The notes below the pieces were generated by a model. It was not told the DNA's origin, did no database searches, and worked only from the letters and a program-made list of their open reading frames with translations. This document shows positions 50,580 through 61,700 of a stretch of DNA of 64,000 nt, in pieces. Location: the NCBI GenBank assembly GCA_963700185.1, contig CAVOWP010000029.1:35521-99520 (forward strand), in the 5' to 3' direction. Positions within the stretch are counted from its first letter, which is position 1, and each line of letters begins with the position of its first letter. Both the position numbers and the translations under genes were made by a program. This DNA comes from an uncultured Alphaproteobacteria bacterium (GTDB taxonomy: Bacteria > Pseudomonadota > Alphaproteobacteria > ATCC43930 > CGMCC-115725).

Positions 50580-50622
50580 GGCGAGAGCAGATACCCATCG
50601 GATTGCATCACTCACCCCAATC

Positions 50623-50841
50623 GTCATTGCAAGCTCTCGACCGGCCGGCACGCGGCCGACCCGCCCTCGATGAAAGCGCCACCAGCGCGCTTTCCCGGCG
50701 AAAGCCGGGACCCACCTTTCCCCTGCTCATGCCGCCGAGAGATGGACCCCGGCTTTCGCCGGGGAAGCATTCAATATGGTCTCTCGTCACGAACCGCCTT
50801 GTTGAGATTGCTTCATCCCGCAACGCGCGCCTCGCAATGAC
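50623..50841. repeat. nested REP elements (CATTGC..GCAATG arms enclosing a CCCGGCGAAAGCCGGG palindrome)
   Basis: Outer arms gtcattgcaag.. (50623) and gattgcttcatcccgcaacgcgcgcctcgcaatgac (50806-50841). Inner inverted repeat tttcccggcgaaagccgggaccc / ggaccccggctttcgccggggaa (50691-50768). Confidence 0.75.
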
Positions 50842-50866
50842 AGCGCCAATTTGATCCAAATCTGCT

Positions 50867-52218
50867 TTAGGGATCCTGCCGGGGTTCTCGACGGACGCCG
50901 AAATGGTCGGCGAGCTCCGCTCCGGTGAAGCCGCCCGTGAAGCTTTGCGGATCGAGCGGCAGCATGGTTGCGTTCCACTCGTTCCATTCCGCGACGAGCC
51001 GTTCGTAGACGTCCCGCTGCCGCTCCTTGAGGTTGGCTCGCTCCATCGGATCCTGCGACGACATCGAACAGGAACGTGTTGTCGAGGATCTTGAGGTACT
51101 TCCAATCGCCGTCGCGCGCCGCCTGCTGCTCGTTGTATTTGTAGCGCCAGAAGAGTTTGCGCGGAACCGGCGCCGCCGCTCTCCGTCAGACATCGGCAGC
51201 AGATCGATGCCGTCCGACGGATAGCCGGGATCGGGCGCGGCGCCGGCTGCCGCGAGCAAGGTCGGCAACCAATCCATGCTGATCGTCACCTGTTCGGAGA
51301 CTGCTACCGCGCGGAATTCTGCCCGGCCAGCGGATCACCGCCGGGATGCGCAAACCGCCCTCGAGCAGTTCCGTTTTCCTGCCGGTGAACGGCCAGGTGT
51401 CGGAATAGCGCTCGCCGCCATTGTCGCTGGTGAAGATCACAATCGTGTTTTCGCGCGGCGCCGTCCGCGTCGAGCGCTTGCAGCACGCGGCCGATTTGCA
51501 GATCCATCTGCTGGATCATGCGCTGATAGGTCCGCTGGGTGCCGCCATCGTAATGGAACAGGTTCTGTGAGACGCTGCGACTCCGCCTCGTCGCCCGGCG
51601 CTTCCCAGGGCCAGTGCGGCGCGTTGAAATGCAGGCTGATGAGGAAGGGCTGCCCGGTTCCGGCGTAGGCGTTCGACCATATCGACGGCGCGGGCGCCCA
51701 ACAGATCGGTCAGGTAGCCCGGTTCGACGGATTTTGACGTCGTCATCCCAGAGATCATCGGTGTCGGTCGTCGGCGGCCCGGATTTGTGCGTGAAGTAGT
51801 CGAGCGCGCCGCCGCGGAATCCGTAGAAATGGTCGTAGCCGCTCTGCAGCGGACCGAAATCGGGCAGCCTGCCCAGATGCCATTTGCCGATCAGCGTCGG
51901 ATTGGTAGCCGGCCTTCTTCAGGAGCGACGGCAAGGTCGGGTGGTCCGGCGGCAGCCCGATCTTGCGCGGCTCGCGCGCTGCGTCAGCGGCTCTTCCAGA
52001 CCGACGGGCAACCTGTATTGATAACGGCCGGTGATCAGCGCCGCGCGGGTGGCGGTGCAGACCGCGGAATTGGCGTAGGCCTGCATGAAGCGCACGCCCT
52101 CGGCGGCGATGCGGTCGATGTTGGGCGTCGTGAAGTCGCGCCGGCCATAGCAGGAGACATCGGCATAGCCGAGATCGTCGGCCAGGATGAAGACGATGTT
52201 CGGTCCGGATGACGCCAC
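50867..52218 (-). CDS. type I sulfatase (arylsulfatase-like), frame broken at least 5 times
   Basis: GTG 52218: [43 protein letters not shown] (sulfatase signature position). Pieces in other frames: [25 protein letters not shown]-like, [32 protein letters not shown] and [18 protein letters not shown]. Confidence 0.75.
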
Positions 52219-52393
52219 GCCGCTCGTCTCCCCTCCTCCCCCGCCGTCGGGAGGAATTCCTCTGCACTAGATGCTTATGTCAATGCACGCGATTCATTCT
52301 TTGTGGTCGCCGAAGTTACCCGATCAGCTGAGGAAAGCTGCCAATCGAAGGGGTAGACTTTGACGAGGTCCATCATATGCCGGAAAGGACCAA

Positions 52394-53101
52394 ATGGGAG
52401 GTCAATCGGAGTCAGTTTGGTTCGTTCTACGGCGCGAGCTGCTGCGCCGCACGCATGTGCGCAGCCATCCGCGGCTGCTCGCTGCGGCGGCAGTGGCGCT
52501 CATCCTCGTATTGGGCAATCTCGGGCTGGACCGGAACCGCGGCGGGGTTTCTGATCGCGTTCGATGGTGGCGCAGCATTTTTTCTCGCCGCGGTATGGAT
52601 CATGATGGCGCTGGCGACGCCCGAGGGAATGCGGCGGCGCGCAGAAATCGAGGATGAAGGCCGTTACGCGGTGCTGGGCTTCAGGCCGCCGCCGCGACCG
52701 CGATCTTGTTCGCGATCGTGTTCGAGCTTCATGGCATCAAGGATCGACCCTCCGATTTGGCCGGCTTTCAGGTTGCGCTGGCCGTCGCAACGATTCTGCT
52801 CTCTTGGTTGTTTATGAACACGATATTCGCATTGCATTATGCCCATGGCTACTATGGCGATGCCGACCCTTCCAACAAATATGAGGCGGTCGGCGGTCTG
52901 GTGTTCCCCGGCGGACACGATCCCGATTATTGGGATTTCATGTATTTTTCGTTTGTCGTCGGGATGACCTTCCAGGTCTCGGACGTGCAGGTCGAAGATC
53001 ACAAGCTGAGGCGGGAGGTGCTCGCCCACGGCGTGTTGGCTTTCTTCTTCAACGTCGTGATCGTCGCTTTGACCATCAACATCGTTGCCGGGGTGATTTA
53101 A
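52394..53101 (+). CDS. DUF1345 membrane protein; 2-3 +1 frameshifts
   Basis: The C-terminal ORF 52706..53101 has ..[54 protein letters not shown].., which is characteristic of DUF1345. N-terminal TM segments lie in two other frames. Confidence 0.7.
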
Positions 53102-53144
53102 AAAACACTTGACCAAGTCAGCAATCTGCCTGATAAAGGCAGGT

Positions 53145-54092
53145 ATGGAGCAGCCGAACTCAGAGCTGGAAGAGCGGGTCAGGGCCGTCAGGCGGTTCAA
53201 CCGGTTCTACACCCGCAAGATCGGCGTCTTAAAAGAAGGACTGCTGGGCAGTCCGTTGTCGCTTACCGAAAGTCGGGTCCTTTACGAGCTCGCACAGCGC
53301 GAGCACGCCGCGGCGTCCGAGCTCGCCCAGGAGCTCGGTTTGGATTCGGGTTACCTAAGCCGAATGCTGAAAAGCTTCGCGGCGAAGGGTATCGTCACTA
53401 AGCATGCGTCGAAAAGCGACGGCCGACAGATCATCCTTACCCTCACCGACCAGGGCCGCGAGATGTTCGCGACGATCGACACCCGGTCGCGCGCCGAGAT
53501 CGCGGTGCTCTTCGGGGCGCTGCCGGCTTCGCATCAGGCGCAGTTGGTCGCGGCCCTGGAGCGGGTCGAGCGCCTGCTCGGCGTGCGCGGCGAGCAGGCC
53601 GAGTTCTCGTATGTCCTCCGCCCGCACCAGCCGGGCGACATCGGCTGGATCGTCCACCGGCACGGCGTCCTCTACGCCGAGGAATATGGCCTGGATGCGA
53701 CTTTCGAGGCATTGGTCGCGCGGATCGCCGCGGGTTTTATCGAGAATTTCGATGCCCGGCGGGAGCGCTGCTGGATCGCCGAGCGTGACGGTGAAATCGT
53801 CGGCTCGGTACTGCTCGTCAGGGACAGCGAGGAAATCGCCAAACTGCGGCTGCTTTACGTCGAACCAAAGGCGCGTGGGCTCGAGATTGGACGCCGGCTC
53901 GTCGGAGAATGTATCGGCTTTGCCCGCCGAGCGGGGTATCGCAAGCTTACATTGTGGACAAACGACGTGCTGGTCTCCGCGCGCCGGATTTACGAGGCGA
54001 ACGGTTTTCGTCTTGTGCGTGAGGAGCCGCATCACAGCTTTGGCCGTGATTTGGTCGGGCAGTATTGGGAATTGCCTCTGAGGCCGCATTGA
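53145..54092 (+). CDS. bifunctional MarR-type HTH / GNAT N-acetyltransferase protein
   Basis: MarR-like wHTH (..LTESRVLYELAQREHAAASELAQELGLDSGYLSRMLKSFAAKGIV..) followed by a GNAT domain (..GSVLLV..LRLLYVEPKARGLEIGRRLV..GYRKLTLWTN..ARRIYEANGF). Confidence 0.85.
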   Translation: MEQPNSELEERVRAVRRFNRFYTRKIGVLKEGLLGSPLSLTESRVLYELAQREHAAASELAQELGLDSGYLSRMLKSFAAKGIVTKHASKSDGRQIILTLTDQGREMFATIDTRSRAEIAVLFGALPASHQAQLVAALERVERLLGVRGEQAEFSYVLRPHQPGDIGWIVHRHGVLYAEEYGLDATFEALVARIAAGFIENFDARRERCWIAERDGEIVGSVLLVRDSEEIAKLRLLYVEPKARGLEIGRRLVGECIGFARRAGYRKLTLWTNDVLVSARRIYEANGFRLVREEPHHSFGRDLVGQYWELPLRPH

Positions 54093-54185
54093 CGCGGCCG
54101 AGCCTCGCTCATAAGTATCGCCGCGAGATGCGGCCCCCAATTCGTATCTAATTTTGGCATCGCATCTATTTTTGCGAGGAACAGC

Positions 54186-55346
54186 TTGATTAAGCCGACA
54201 CGGCGCCCGGCCAATCCGTGCTTTTCTTCCGGTCCTTGCGCAAAGCGGCCGGGCTGGTCGCCCGGGATGCTTGAGGCGGCGCTGGTCGGGCGCTCGCATC
54301 GGTCAGGGGTTGGTTTGGCGCGACTCGTCGAAGTGATCGACCGCTCGCGCGCGATCCTCGGCATCCCCGCCGACTGGCGGGTCGGCATTGTCGCCGGTTC
54401 CGATACCGGAGCGATCGAGATCGCGATGTGGTCGCTGCTCGGCGCGCGCGGCGTCGACATGCTCGCCTGGGAGAATTTTGGCGAGGGTTGGGTTACCGAC
54501 GTCGCGCAACTCAAGCTCGAAGACGTCCGGGTGATGCATGTCCCTTATGGCCAGCTTCCTGAGCTCTCCCGGGTCGATCCCGCCCGCGACGTGGTCTTCC
54601 CGTGGAACGGCACGACCTCGGGGGTGCGGGTGCCGAATGGTGACTGGATAGCGGCCGACCGGCGGGGCCTGACGATCTGCGACGCGACTTCGGCCATTTT
54701 CGCGATGCGGCTGCCGTGGGACAAGCTCGACGTCGCCACCTGGTCGTGGCAGAAATCTCTAGGGGGCGAGGGGGCGCACGGCATGTTGGCGCTGTCGCTG
54801 CGCGCCGTCGAGCGGCTCGAAAGCTATACTCCACCCTGGCCGCTGCCCAAGCTCTTCCGGCTGACCTCCAAGGGCAAGCTGATCGAGGGCGTGTTCCGCG
54901 GCGAGACGATCAACACGCCGTCCATGCTGTGCGTCGAGGACGCGCTCAATTCACTGAAATGGGCGGAGTCGGTCGGCGGCCTCGGCGGGCTGATCGCCAG
55001 GTCGGAACGCAATCTGGCAACGCTTCTTGCCTGGGTCGAGAAATGCCCTTGGGCCGATCCTCTCGCCGAGGACCCGGCGACGATCTCCTGCACCTCGCCC
55101 CAATTCAAGATAACCGAGCCGTGGTTCACCCGGCTTTCGCCCGAGGAGCGCTTTCAGACCGTGCGGGCGATGACCCGGCGGCTCGAGCAGGAAGGCGCGG
55201 CCTACGACATCGCGAGCCACCGCGCCTCGCCCCCCGGGCTGCGCATCTGGAGCGGACCCACCGTCGAGACGGCCGACATCGAAGCGCTCCTCGCCTGGCT
55301 CGACTGGGGCTGGGACGAACAGCGCCGCACCGCGAAGGCCGCTTGA
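54186..55346 (+). CDS. serC: phosphoserine aminotransferase (alphaproteobacterial/archaeal-type SerC)
   Basis: TTG start after GAGGAA. ..[40 protein letters not shown]... Directly upstream of serA. Confidence 0.9.
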   Translation: MIKPTRRPANPCFSSGPCAKRPGWSPGMLEAALVGRSHRSGVGLARLVEVIDRSRAILGIPADWRVGIVAGSDTGAIEIAMWSLLGARGVDMLAWENFGEGWVTDVAQLKLEDVRVMHVPYGQLPELSRVDPARDVVFPWNGTTSGVRVPNGDWIAADRRGLTICDATSAIFAMRLPWDKLDVATWSWQKSLGGEGAHGMLALSLRAVERLESYTPPWPLPKLFRLTSKGKLIEGVFRGETINTPSMLCVEDALNSLKWAESVGGLGGLIARSERNLATLLAWVEKCPWADPLAEDPATISCTSPQFKITEPWFTRLSPEERFQTVRAMTRRLEQEGAAYDIASHRASPPGLRIWSGPTVETADIEALLAWLDWGWDEQRRTAKAA

Positions 55347-55351
55347 ATTCT

Positions 55352-55462
55352 ACCACGGAGACACGCAGTGCACGGAGAATAGGCAGGACGTGGAGCAGTC
55401 GGCGTTTAAAGATTTGTTCTGTCTCTCCGTGCTCTCCGTGCCTCCCTGTTAAACCTTCTCGC
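55352..55462. repeat. intergenic palindrome ('CCACGGAGACACG / GTCTCTCCGTG' family)
   Basis: accacggagacacgcagtgcacggagaa ... ttctgtctctccgtgctctccgtgcctcc. Imperfect inverted repeat between serC and serA. Confidence 0.65.
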
Positions 55463-55476
55463 AGATCGGAGCTTTC

Positions 55477-57054
55477 ATGCCGAAGGTGTTGATTTCGGAT
55501 GCCTTGAGCCCGCGTGCGGCCGAGATCTTTGCCGCGCGCGGGATTGAGGTCGACCTAGCTCAAGGTCTCCCGGCAGAGGAGCTCAAGGCTCGCATCGCTG
55601 GTTGCGACGGCCTCGCCGTTCGCTCGGCGACCAAGGTGACCGCCGGTCTGCTGTCGCGCGCCTCGCAGCTCAAGGTCATTGGCCGGGCCGGCATTGGCGT
55701 CGACAACATCGACGTCGCGACGGCGACGCAGCGCGGCATTGTCGTGATGAATACCCCCTACGGCAACTCGATCACGGCCGCCGAGCACACCATCGCGATG
55801 CTGTTCGCGCTGTGCCGCGAGATTCCGGCGGCCGACCGCTCGACCCAGGCCGGCAAATGGGAGAAGTCGCGTTTCATGGGGGTCGAGCTGACCGGCAAAA
55901 CGCTCGGCGTCATCGGCTGCGGCAATGTCGGCTCGATCGTTGCCGAGCGGGCCCTGGGTCTGCGCATGAAGGTGGTTGCCTACGATCCTTTTCTGTCCCC
56001 TGAGCGGGCCGTCGATCTCGGCATCGAAAAAGTATCGCTCGATGCGCTCTTTGCCCGCGCTGACTTCATCACCCTCCATACCCCATTGACCGAGGCCACC
56101 AAAAACCTGATCGACGCCGCCGCAATCGCCAAAATGAAGCGCGGTGTCCGCCTGGTGAACTGTGCCCGCGGCGGCCTCGTCGTCGAATATGATCTCGCCG
56201 CGGCGCTCGACAGAGGTCATGTCGCCGGCGCGGCAATCGACGTCTTTGTCGACGAGCCGGCGCGTGAGAACCCGCTGTTCGGACGCGACAACGTCGTCGC
56301 GACGCCGCATCTCGGCGCCGCGACAACCGAGGCACAGGAGAACGTGGCGCTGCAGATCGCCGAGCAGATGGCGGATTTTCTGCTGACCGGCGCCGTATCG
56401 AATGCGGTCAATGTGCCCTCCCTGACCGCCGAAGAGGCCAAGCGCCTCCACCCCTACATGAAGCTCGCCTTGCAACTCGGCAGCTTTGCCGGGCAGTTGA
56501 CCGAAACCGGCATTACCGCGGTCGCCGTCGAATACGAGGGGGCGGTCGCCGAGCTCAACGTCAAGCCACTGACCGCGATCGCACTGACTGGATTGCTATC
56601 CCCGCAGCTCGCCACAGTCAATATGGTCAACGCGCCGGAGATCTGCCGCGAACGCGACATCCGTGTCAGCGAGACGCGGCGTGCCGAGCCGGTCGATTAT
56701 CAGACCCTGATCCGGGTCATCGTCACGACCGAACGGCGCACTCGGGAAATAGCCGGCACCTTGTTCGCCGGCGACAAGCCGCGGATTGTATTGGTCGAGG
56801 GTATCCCGCTCGAAGCCGAGCTCGGCGGCAACATGCTGTTTGTGCGCAATTACGACAAGCCCGGCTTCATCGGCGCGCTCGGCAATGCGCTGGGCGAGGC
56901 TGAAGTGAACATCGCCACCTTCCATCTCGGCCGGGCCGCTCCGGGGCAGGACGCTATCGCCTTGGTCGAGGTCGATCAGCCGCTGACCCCGACTGTCCTC
57001 GACACCGTGCGCGCGCTTCCCAACGTGATCCAGGTCAAGTCGCTTCGGTTTTAA
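55477..57054 (+). CDS. serA: D-3-phosphoglycerate dehydrogenase
   Basis: 525 aa. ..GKTLGVIGCGNVGSIVA.. NAD motif, ..NCARGGLV..HLGA catalytic region, and a C-terminal ASB/ACT domain. Confidence 0.95.
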   Translation: MPKVLISDALSPRAAEIFAARGIEVDLAQGLPAEELKARIAGCDGLAVRSATKVTAGLLSRASQLKVIGRAGIGVDNIDVATATQRGIVVMNTPYGNSITAAEHTIAMLFALCREIPAADRSTQAGKWEKSRFMGVELTGKTLGVIGCGNVGSIVAERALGLRMKVVAYDPFLSPERAVDLGIEKVSLDALFARADFITLHTPLTEATKNLIDAAAIAKMKRGVRLVNCARGGLVVEYDLAAALDRGHVAGAAIDVFVDEPARENPLFGRDNVVATPHLGAATTEAQENVALQIAEQMADFLLTGAVSNAVNVPSLTAEEAKRLHPYMKLALQLGSFAGQLTETGITAVAVEYEGAVAELNVKPLTAIALTGLLSPQLATVNMVNAPEICRERDIRVSETRRAEPVDYQTLIRVIVTTERRTREIAGTLFAGDKPRIVLVEGIPLEAELGGNMLFVRNYDKPGFIGALGNALGEAEVNIATFHLGRAAPGQDAIALVEVDQPLTPTVLDTVRALPNVIQVKSLRF

Positions 57055-57072
57055 GGTGCGAACGGCGACGCC

Positions 57073-58230
57073 ATGACCGACGCTCCGCACCCGGCTCTGC
57101 TGCCGACCGGCATGCACGATCTTCTGCCGCCCGAGGCGGAGATCGAAGCGCAAGTCGTGGCGCAGTTGATGACGACGTTGGCCGCACATGGCTACGAGCG
57201 GGTCAAGCCGCCGCTCGTCGAATTCGAAGACACCCTGTTCGCCGGCGCCGGGGCGGCGATGGCGACCGCCACCTTTCGCATGATGGACCCGGCCTCGCAC
57301 CGGATGATCGGCGTGCGCGCCGACATGACGCCGCAGATCGCGCGGATCGCCGCGACGCGGCTCGGCGATGCGCCGCGGCCGCTGCGCCTCAGCTATGCCG
57401 GGCAGGTGCTGCGGGTCACCGGCTCCGAGATCCGGTCCGAGCGCCAAATCGGCCAAGTCGGCGCCGAGTTGATCGGGGCGGCGGGACCGGCCGCCGATGT
57501 CGAGGCGATAGCGGTTGCCGGCGAGGCGCTGGCCGCGATCGGCGTGCCGGATTTGTCGGTCGACATCACTCTGCCGACGCTGGTGCCGGCGGTCGCCGAG
57601 GCCTATGGCATTGCCGGAGAGCGCGCGGCGGCGTTGCGCGCCGCGCTCGACCACAAGGATGCGGCAGCGGTGGCGGCGGTGGCGGGAGAGGCCGGCGGGC
57701 TCTTCGGGAGTTTGCTGGCGGCGGCGGGGCCGGCTGCCATCGACCTTGGCGGTCGCTCGATGCGTCTCGATCTGCCGGCGCGAGCCCGCGCCGAACGGGT
57801 CCGGCTCGGCACCGTGCTGGACGGCCTCTCGACGGCGGCCCCGGAACTCAAGGTGACGGTCGACCCGGTCGAGAACCGTGGCTTCGAATACCACACCGGG
57901 ATCAGCTTTACGCTTTTCGCGGCCACACCGCGTCCGGTCGGCGAACTCGGCCGCGGCGGCCGCTATCAGGCCGGCGATCCGGCCGAACCCGAACCGGCGA
58001 CCGGGTTCACGCTGTATACCGACACGATCCTGCGAACATTGCCGCCCGCCGCCCCGCCTCGGCGCTTGTTGCTGCCGTTCGGCGCCGATCGTACCCTCAG
58101 TCGCGAACTGCGCGAGAGCGGCTGGATCACTGTCGCCGCCCTCGACCCGGCCGTCGATTGGCACGCCGAGGCGCGCCGCCTCGGCTGCGGCTATGTTCTC
58201 GAACAGGGTGTGCCGGTGGTGGCCGGCTAG
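57073..58230 (+). CDS. hisZ: ATP phosphoribosyltransferase regulatory subunit HisZ
   Basis: ..LLPTGMHDLLPPEA..GYERVKPPLVEFEDTL..FRMMDP..RADMTPQIARIA..LSYAGQVLR..Q.G.EL.G is a HisRS-like fold without an anticodon domain. Confidence 0.85.
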   Translation: MTDAPHPALLPTGMHDLLPPEAEIEAQVVAQLMTTLAAHGYERVKPPLVEFEDTLFAGAGAAMATATFRMMDPASHRMIGVRADMTPQIARIAATRLGDAPRPLRLSYAGQVLRVTGSEIRSERQIGQVGAELIGAAGPAADVEAIAVAGEALAAIGVPDLSVDITLPTLVPAVAEAYGIAGERAAALRAALDHKDAAAVAAVAGEAGGLFGSLLAAAGPAAIDLGGRSMRLDLPARARAERVRLGTVLDGLSTAAPELKVTVDPVENRGFEYHTGISFTLFAATPRPVGELGRGGRYQAGDPAEPEPATGFTLYTDTILRTLPPAAPPRRLLLPFGADRTLSRELRESGWITVAALDPAVDWHAEARRLGCGYVLEQGVPVVAG

Positions 58231-58242
58231 AGGAGGCGCGAA

Positions 58243-59539
58243 ATGGGCAACGTTGCCGTTGTCGGCGCCCAATGGGGCGACGAGGGCAAGGGAAAGATCG
58301 TCGACTGGCTGTCGGAGCGGGCCGATGTCGTGGTGCGCTTCCAGGGCGGCGCCAATGCCGGCCACACCCTCGTCATCGGCAATGTCGAGTACAAGCTGAG
58401 CCTGTTGCCGTCGGGGGTCGTGCGCCCAGGCAAGTTGTCGATCATCGGCAACGGCGTCGTCGTCGATCCCTGGGCCCTGGTCGACGAGATCGACGCGATC
58501 CGCAAGAAGGGCGTCGCGATCAGCCCGGACAATCTGAAGGCTCGCCGACAACGCCGCCTTGATCCTGCCGTCGCACGGCGCGCTCGACCGCGCCCGCGAC
58601 GAGCGCCACGGCGACACGCCGCATCGGCACCACCGGCCGCGGCATCGGCCCGGCTTATGAGGACAAGGTCGGCCGCCGGGCTCTCAGGGTATGCGATCTG
58701 GCCGACCCGCAAGCGCTAGAACAGCGCGTCGACCAGTTGCTGTTGCATCACAACGCGCTGTTGCGCGGGCTCGACAAGCCGGAGGTCGACCGGCGCAAGC
58801 TGGTCGCGGCCCTGCGCGCAGTCGCGCCGAAAATCCTGCCCTATGCCGACACCGTGTGGCGGCTGATCGACGAGGCCCGACGCTCCGGCCGCCGCATCCT
58901 GTTCGAGGGTGCGCAGGGGGCGATGCTCGATGTCGATCACGGCACCTATCCCTACGTCACCTCGTCGAACACGCTGGCCGGGCAAGTCGCGGCCGGCGCC
59001 GGCATCGCGCCCGGCGGCGATCGGTTTCGTGCTCGGCATCACGAAGGCCTACACGACGCGGGTCGGCGCCGGCCCGTTCCCGACCGAGCTCAACGACGAC
59101 ATCGGCCAGATGCTCGGCGAGCGCGGCCGCGAGTTCGGCACCGTCACCGGGCGCAAGCGACGCTGCGGCTGGTTCGATGCGGTGGCGGTGCGGCAGGCGG
59201 TCAAGACCGGCGGCATCGACGGCATCGCCCTGACCAAGCTCGACGTGCTCGACGGGTTTCGATGAGGTCGAGTTCTGCACCGCCTATCGCCGCCGTGGCG
59301 AGACCTACGACTACGTGCCGGCCGGCACGACGGCGCAGGCCGAGCTCGAACCGGTCTACGAGACCGCCGAGGGCTGGCGCGAGAGCACCCGCGGCGCCCG
59401 CTCCTGGGCCGATCTGCCGGCGACCGCGATCAAATACATCCGCCGGCTGGAGGAGTTGATCGGCGCCCCTGTCGCCCTTCTGTCAACCAGCCCCGAACGC
59501 GAAGACACCGTCCTGGTGCGTGACCCTTTTGCCGATTGA
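58243..59539 (+). CDS. purA: adenylosuccinate synthetase PurA; four +1 frameshifts (58540, about 58615, about 59015, about 59260)
   Basis: [34 protein letters not shown]; then [16 protein letters not shown]; [44 protein letters not shown]; [46 protein letters not shown]; and a C-terminus ..[24 protein letters not shown]. Each piece is in the next frame. Confidence 0.95.
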
Positions 59540-59572
59540 GAGCGCGTTCGGCCTACTCGGGGAGCGCGTTGC

Positions 59573-60256
59573 TCAGCGGGTGCCGCGGCCCTGGGACGAG
59601 GTCCGTGGTTTGCTGGTGGCGCCGGCGTGATTGCCGATATAGCCGTCGACGTGAGTGACGAGGGCGTCTACTCGATCGGCGAAATGATGGTCGGCGCCGG
59701 GGATCTTGCGGAAGTCGATTTTGATGTCGCGCTGGTGCGACAGCTTGGTTACGAGCTTTTGCACAGCTTCGACCGGCACCACCGAATCCTGGTCGCCCTG
59801 CAATATCAGACCCGATGACGGGCACGGCGCGAGAAACGTGAAGTCGTACAAATTGGCGGGCGGCGCGACCGAGATGAAGCTCTCGATTTCCGGCCGCCGC
59901 ATCAGCAATTGCATGCCGATCCAGGCGCCGAACGAGAAACCGGCGACCCAGCACGACCCGGCGTTCGGATTATAGGTCTGCATCCAATCGAGCGCCGCGG
60001 CAGCGTCGGAAAGCTCGCCCTCGCCTCGGTCGAAGCTGCCCTGGCTGCGCCCGACGCCGCGGAAATTGAACCGCAAGGTCGAGAAACCGCGGCGCACAAA
60101 ACACTGGTATAAGGCGTACACCACTTTGTTGTGCATCGTGCCGCCCTGTTGCGGATGGGGATGCAGAACCAGCGCCATCGGCGCGGCCGCAACACGGGCA
60201 TGATGGTAGCGCGCCTCGATTCGGCCATCCGGGCCGTTGATGATCACGTCGGGCAT
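59573..60256 (-). CDS. alpha/beta hydrolase (YqiA/BAAT-like small esterase)
   Basis: 227 aa. ..ALVLHPHPQQGGTMHNKVV..RFNFRGVGRSQG..VAGFSFGA (GxSxG)..LQGDQDSVVP..ADHFF. Confidence 0.8.
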   Translation of the reverse strand: MPDVIINGPDGRIEARYHHARVAAAPMALVLHPHPQQGGTMHNKVVYALYQCFVRRGFSTLRFNFRGVGRSQGSFDRGEGELSDAAAALDWMQTYNPNAGSCWVAGFSFGAWIGMQLLMRRPEIESFISVAPPANLYDFTFLAPCPSSGLILQGDQDSVVPVEAVQKLVTKLSHQRDIKIDFRKIPGADHHFADRVDALVTHVDGYIGNHAGATSKPRTSSQGRGTR

Positions 60257-60434
60257 TGTCGATCCAGCTTAAATCCCACTACGGCAGTCGGAGATTGTCG
60301 CGCTGTGGGTGTCTCCATGTGTCCGTAATTCTTGATCACATTCGTCGGACAATTATATGTTCGCTCGGGCCGCCTCCGCGAGGCGGCGCGGTCCCGCGCC
60401 AGCAGCGCTAAGCCTAACATAGATAGGGATTGCG

Positions 60435-61193
60435 ATGCTTTTGAAAAACCTGCGGGAACAAATAGACGCAACTCTTGCCCGTGATCCCGCTGCCCGGTCG
60501 CGGCTGGAAGTCGTGCTGTGCTACCCTGGGTTTCACGCGCTCCTCTATCATCGCTTCGCGCATTGGCTATGGCAACGCGGTTGGCTGCTTGCCGGCAGGT
60601 TCGTTTCGCATCTCGGCCGCGTGCTCACCGGCATTGAAATTCACCCTGGGGCACGCATCGGAAGGCGGGTATTCATCGACCATGGCATGGGGGTGGTGAT
60701 CGGCGAAACCGCCGATGTGGGTGACGACGTCACGCTCTATCAAGGCGTAACGCTCGGCGGTACATCGCTGACCCGGGGCGCAAAGCGCCATCCGACGATC
60801 GGTAACGGTGTTATCGTCGGCTCGGGTGCACAGGTGCTGGGGCCATTCCGCGTCGGCGACGGCGCGCGCATCGGGGCGGCTGCCGTGGTGCTGACGGAGG
60901 TGCCCGAGGGAGCCACCATGGTCGGCAACCCGGCACGTCAGGTCGCCCGTCGCAGCGCGTCCAGCGAATCCAAGCTCGCGTTCCAGCCCTACGCCGTTTG
61001 CGGCGACATACCGGACCCGATCGCCCGCGCCCTCAATGGATTGCTGGACGAGGTCACGAGCCTAAGAGCGCGAGTCACGGAACTCGAGCAGGAAAGGGCA
61101 GGGCAAGGGCCGGCTCTCGATCCGGCTTCGGGCGAGCCACCGTCGCTCCGGCTCGTCGCCAGTTCCGGCGGGAATGGCACGGACAGCGATTGA
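60435..61193 (+). CDS. cysE: serine O-acetyltransferase
   Basis: ..[74 protein letters not shown] is a hexapeptide-repeat SAT. Confidence 0.9.
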   Translation: MLLKNLREQIDATLARDPAARSRLEVVLCYPGFHALLYHRFAHWLWQRGWLLAGRFVSHLGRVLTGIEIHPGARIGRRVFIDHGMGVVIGETADVGDDVTLYQGVTLGGTSLTRGAKRHPTIGNGVIVGSGAQVLGPFRVGDGARIGAAAVVLTEVPEGATMVGNPARQVARRSASSESKLAFQPYAVCGDIPDPIARALNGLLDEVTSLRARVTELEQERAGQGPALDPASGEPPSLRLVASSGGNGTDSD

Positions 61194-61223
61194 GGATGGC
61201 TCTAGAGTTCTGAGGACCGGGAA

Positions 61224-61700
61224 ATGAGGTTGAGCACCAAGGGGCGCTACGCTGTGATGGCAATGGTCGATCTTGCCCAACACAGCGGTGGCGACCCGGT
61301 CTCGCTCGCCGAAATCGCCGAAAGGCAGGAAATCTCGCTGTCCTATCTCGAGCAGCTCTTCGCGATGCTGCGCAAGAATGGGCTCGTCAAGAGCGTGCGC
61401 GGTCCGGGCGGCGGTTATCTGCTCGCGCACGACCGCGGCGAGACCCGGATTGCCGACATTATTTTGGCGGTCGACGAGCCGATACGCGCCACCCGCTGCG
61501 CTCCCGGCGCGCCGGTCGGCTGCCGCGGCAATCGCACGCGATGTCTCACTCACGATTTGTGGGAAGAGCTCGGCAATCAGATCCACCTCTATTTGAGTTC
61601 GGTGTCGCTCGCCGATGTCTGCGAGCACCGCGTCCTCGGGACGAGCGGTCGCGTCCATTGCGAAACTTTTCGCGGCTCCGCGGCTGCAGGCACGGGCTGA
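61224..61700 (+). CDS. iscR: Rrf2-family transcriptional regulator (IscR-like)
   Basis: MRLSTKGRYAVMAMVDLAQH..ISLSYLEQLFAMLRKNGLVKSVRGPGGGY.LA, with Cys ligands ..CAPG..GC..RCLTHDLW. Confidence 0.85.
   Translation: MRLSTKGRYAVMAMVDLAQHSGGDPVSLAEIAERQEISLSYLEQLFAMLRKNGLVKSVRGPGGGYLLAHDRGETRIADIILAVDEPIRATRCAPGAPVGCRGNRTRCLTHDLWEELGNQIHLYLSSVSLADVCEHRVLGTSGRVHCETFRGSAAAGTG

Noticed and set aside
56596-58617. 673-aa ORF on the - strand
   Set aside because: Antisense to serA, hisZ and purA, all of which have unmistakable homology on the + strand. The composition is Arg/Gly/Asp-rich junk.
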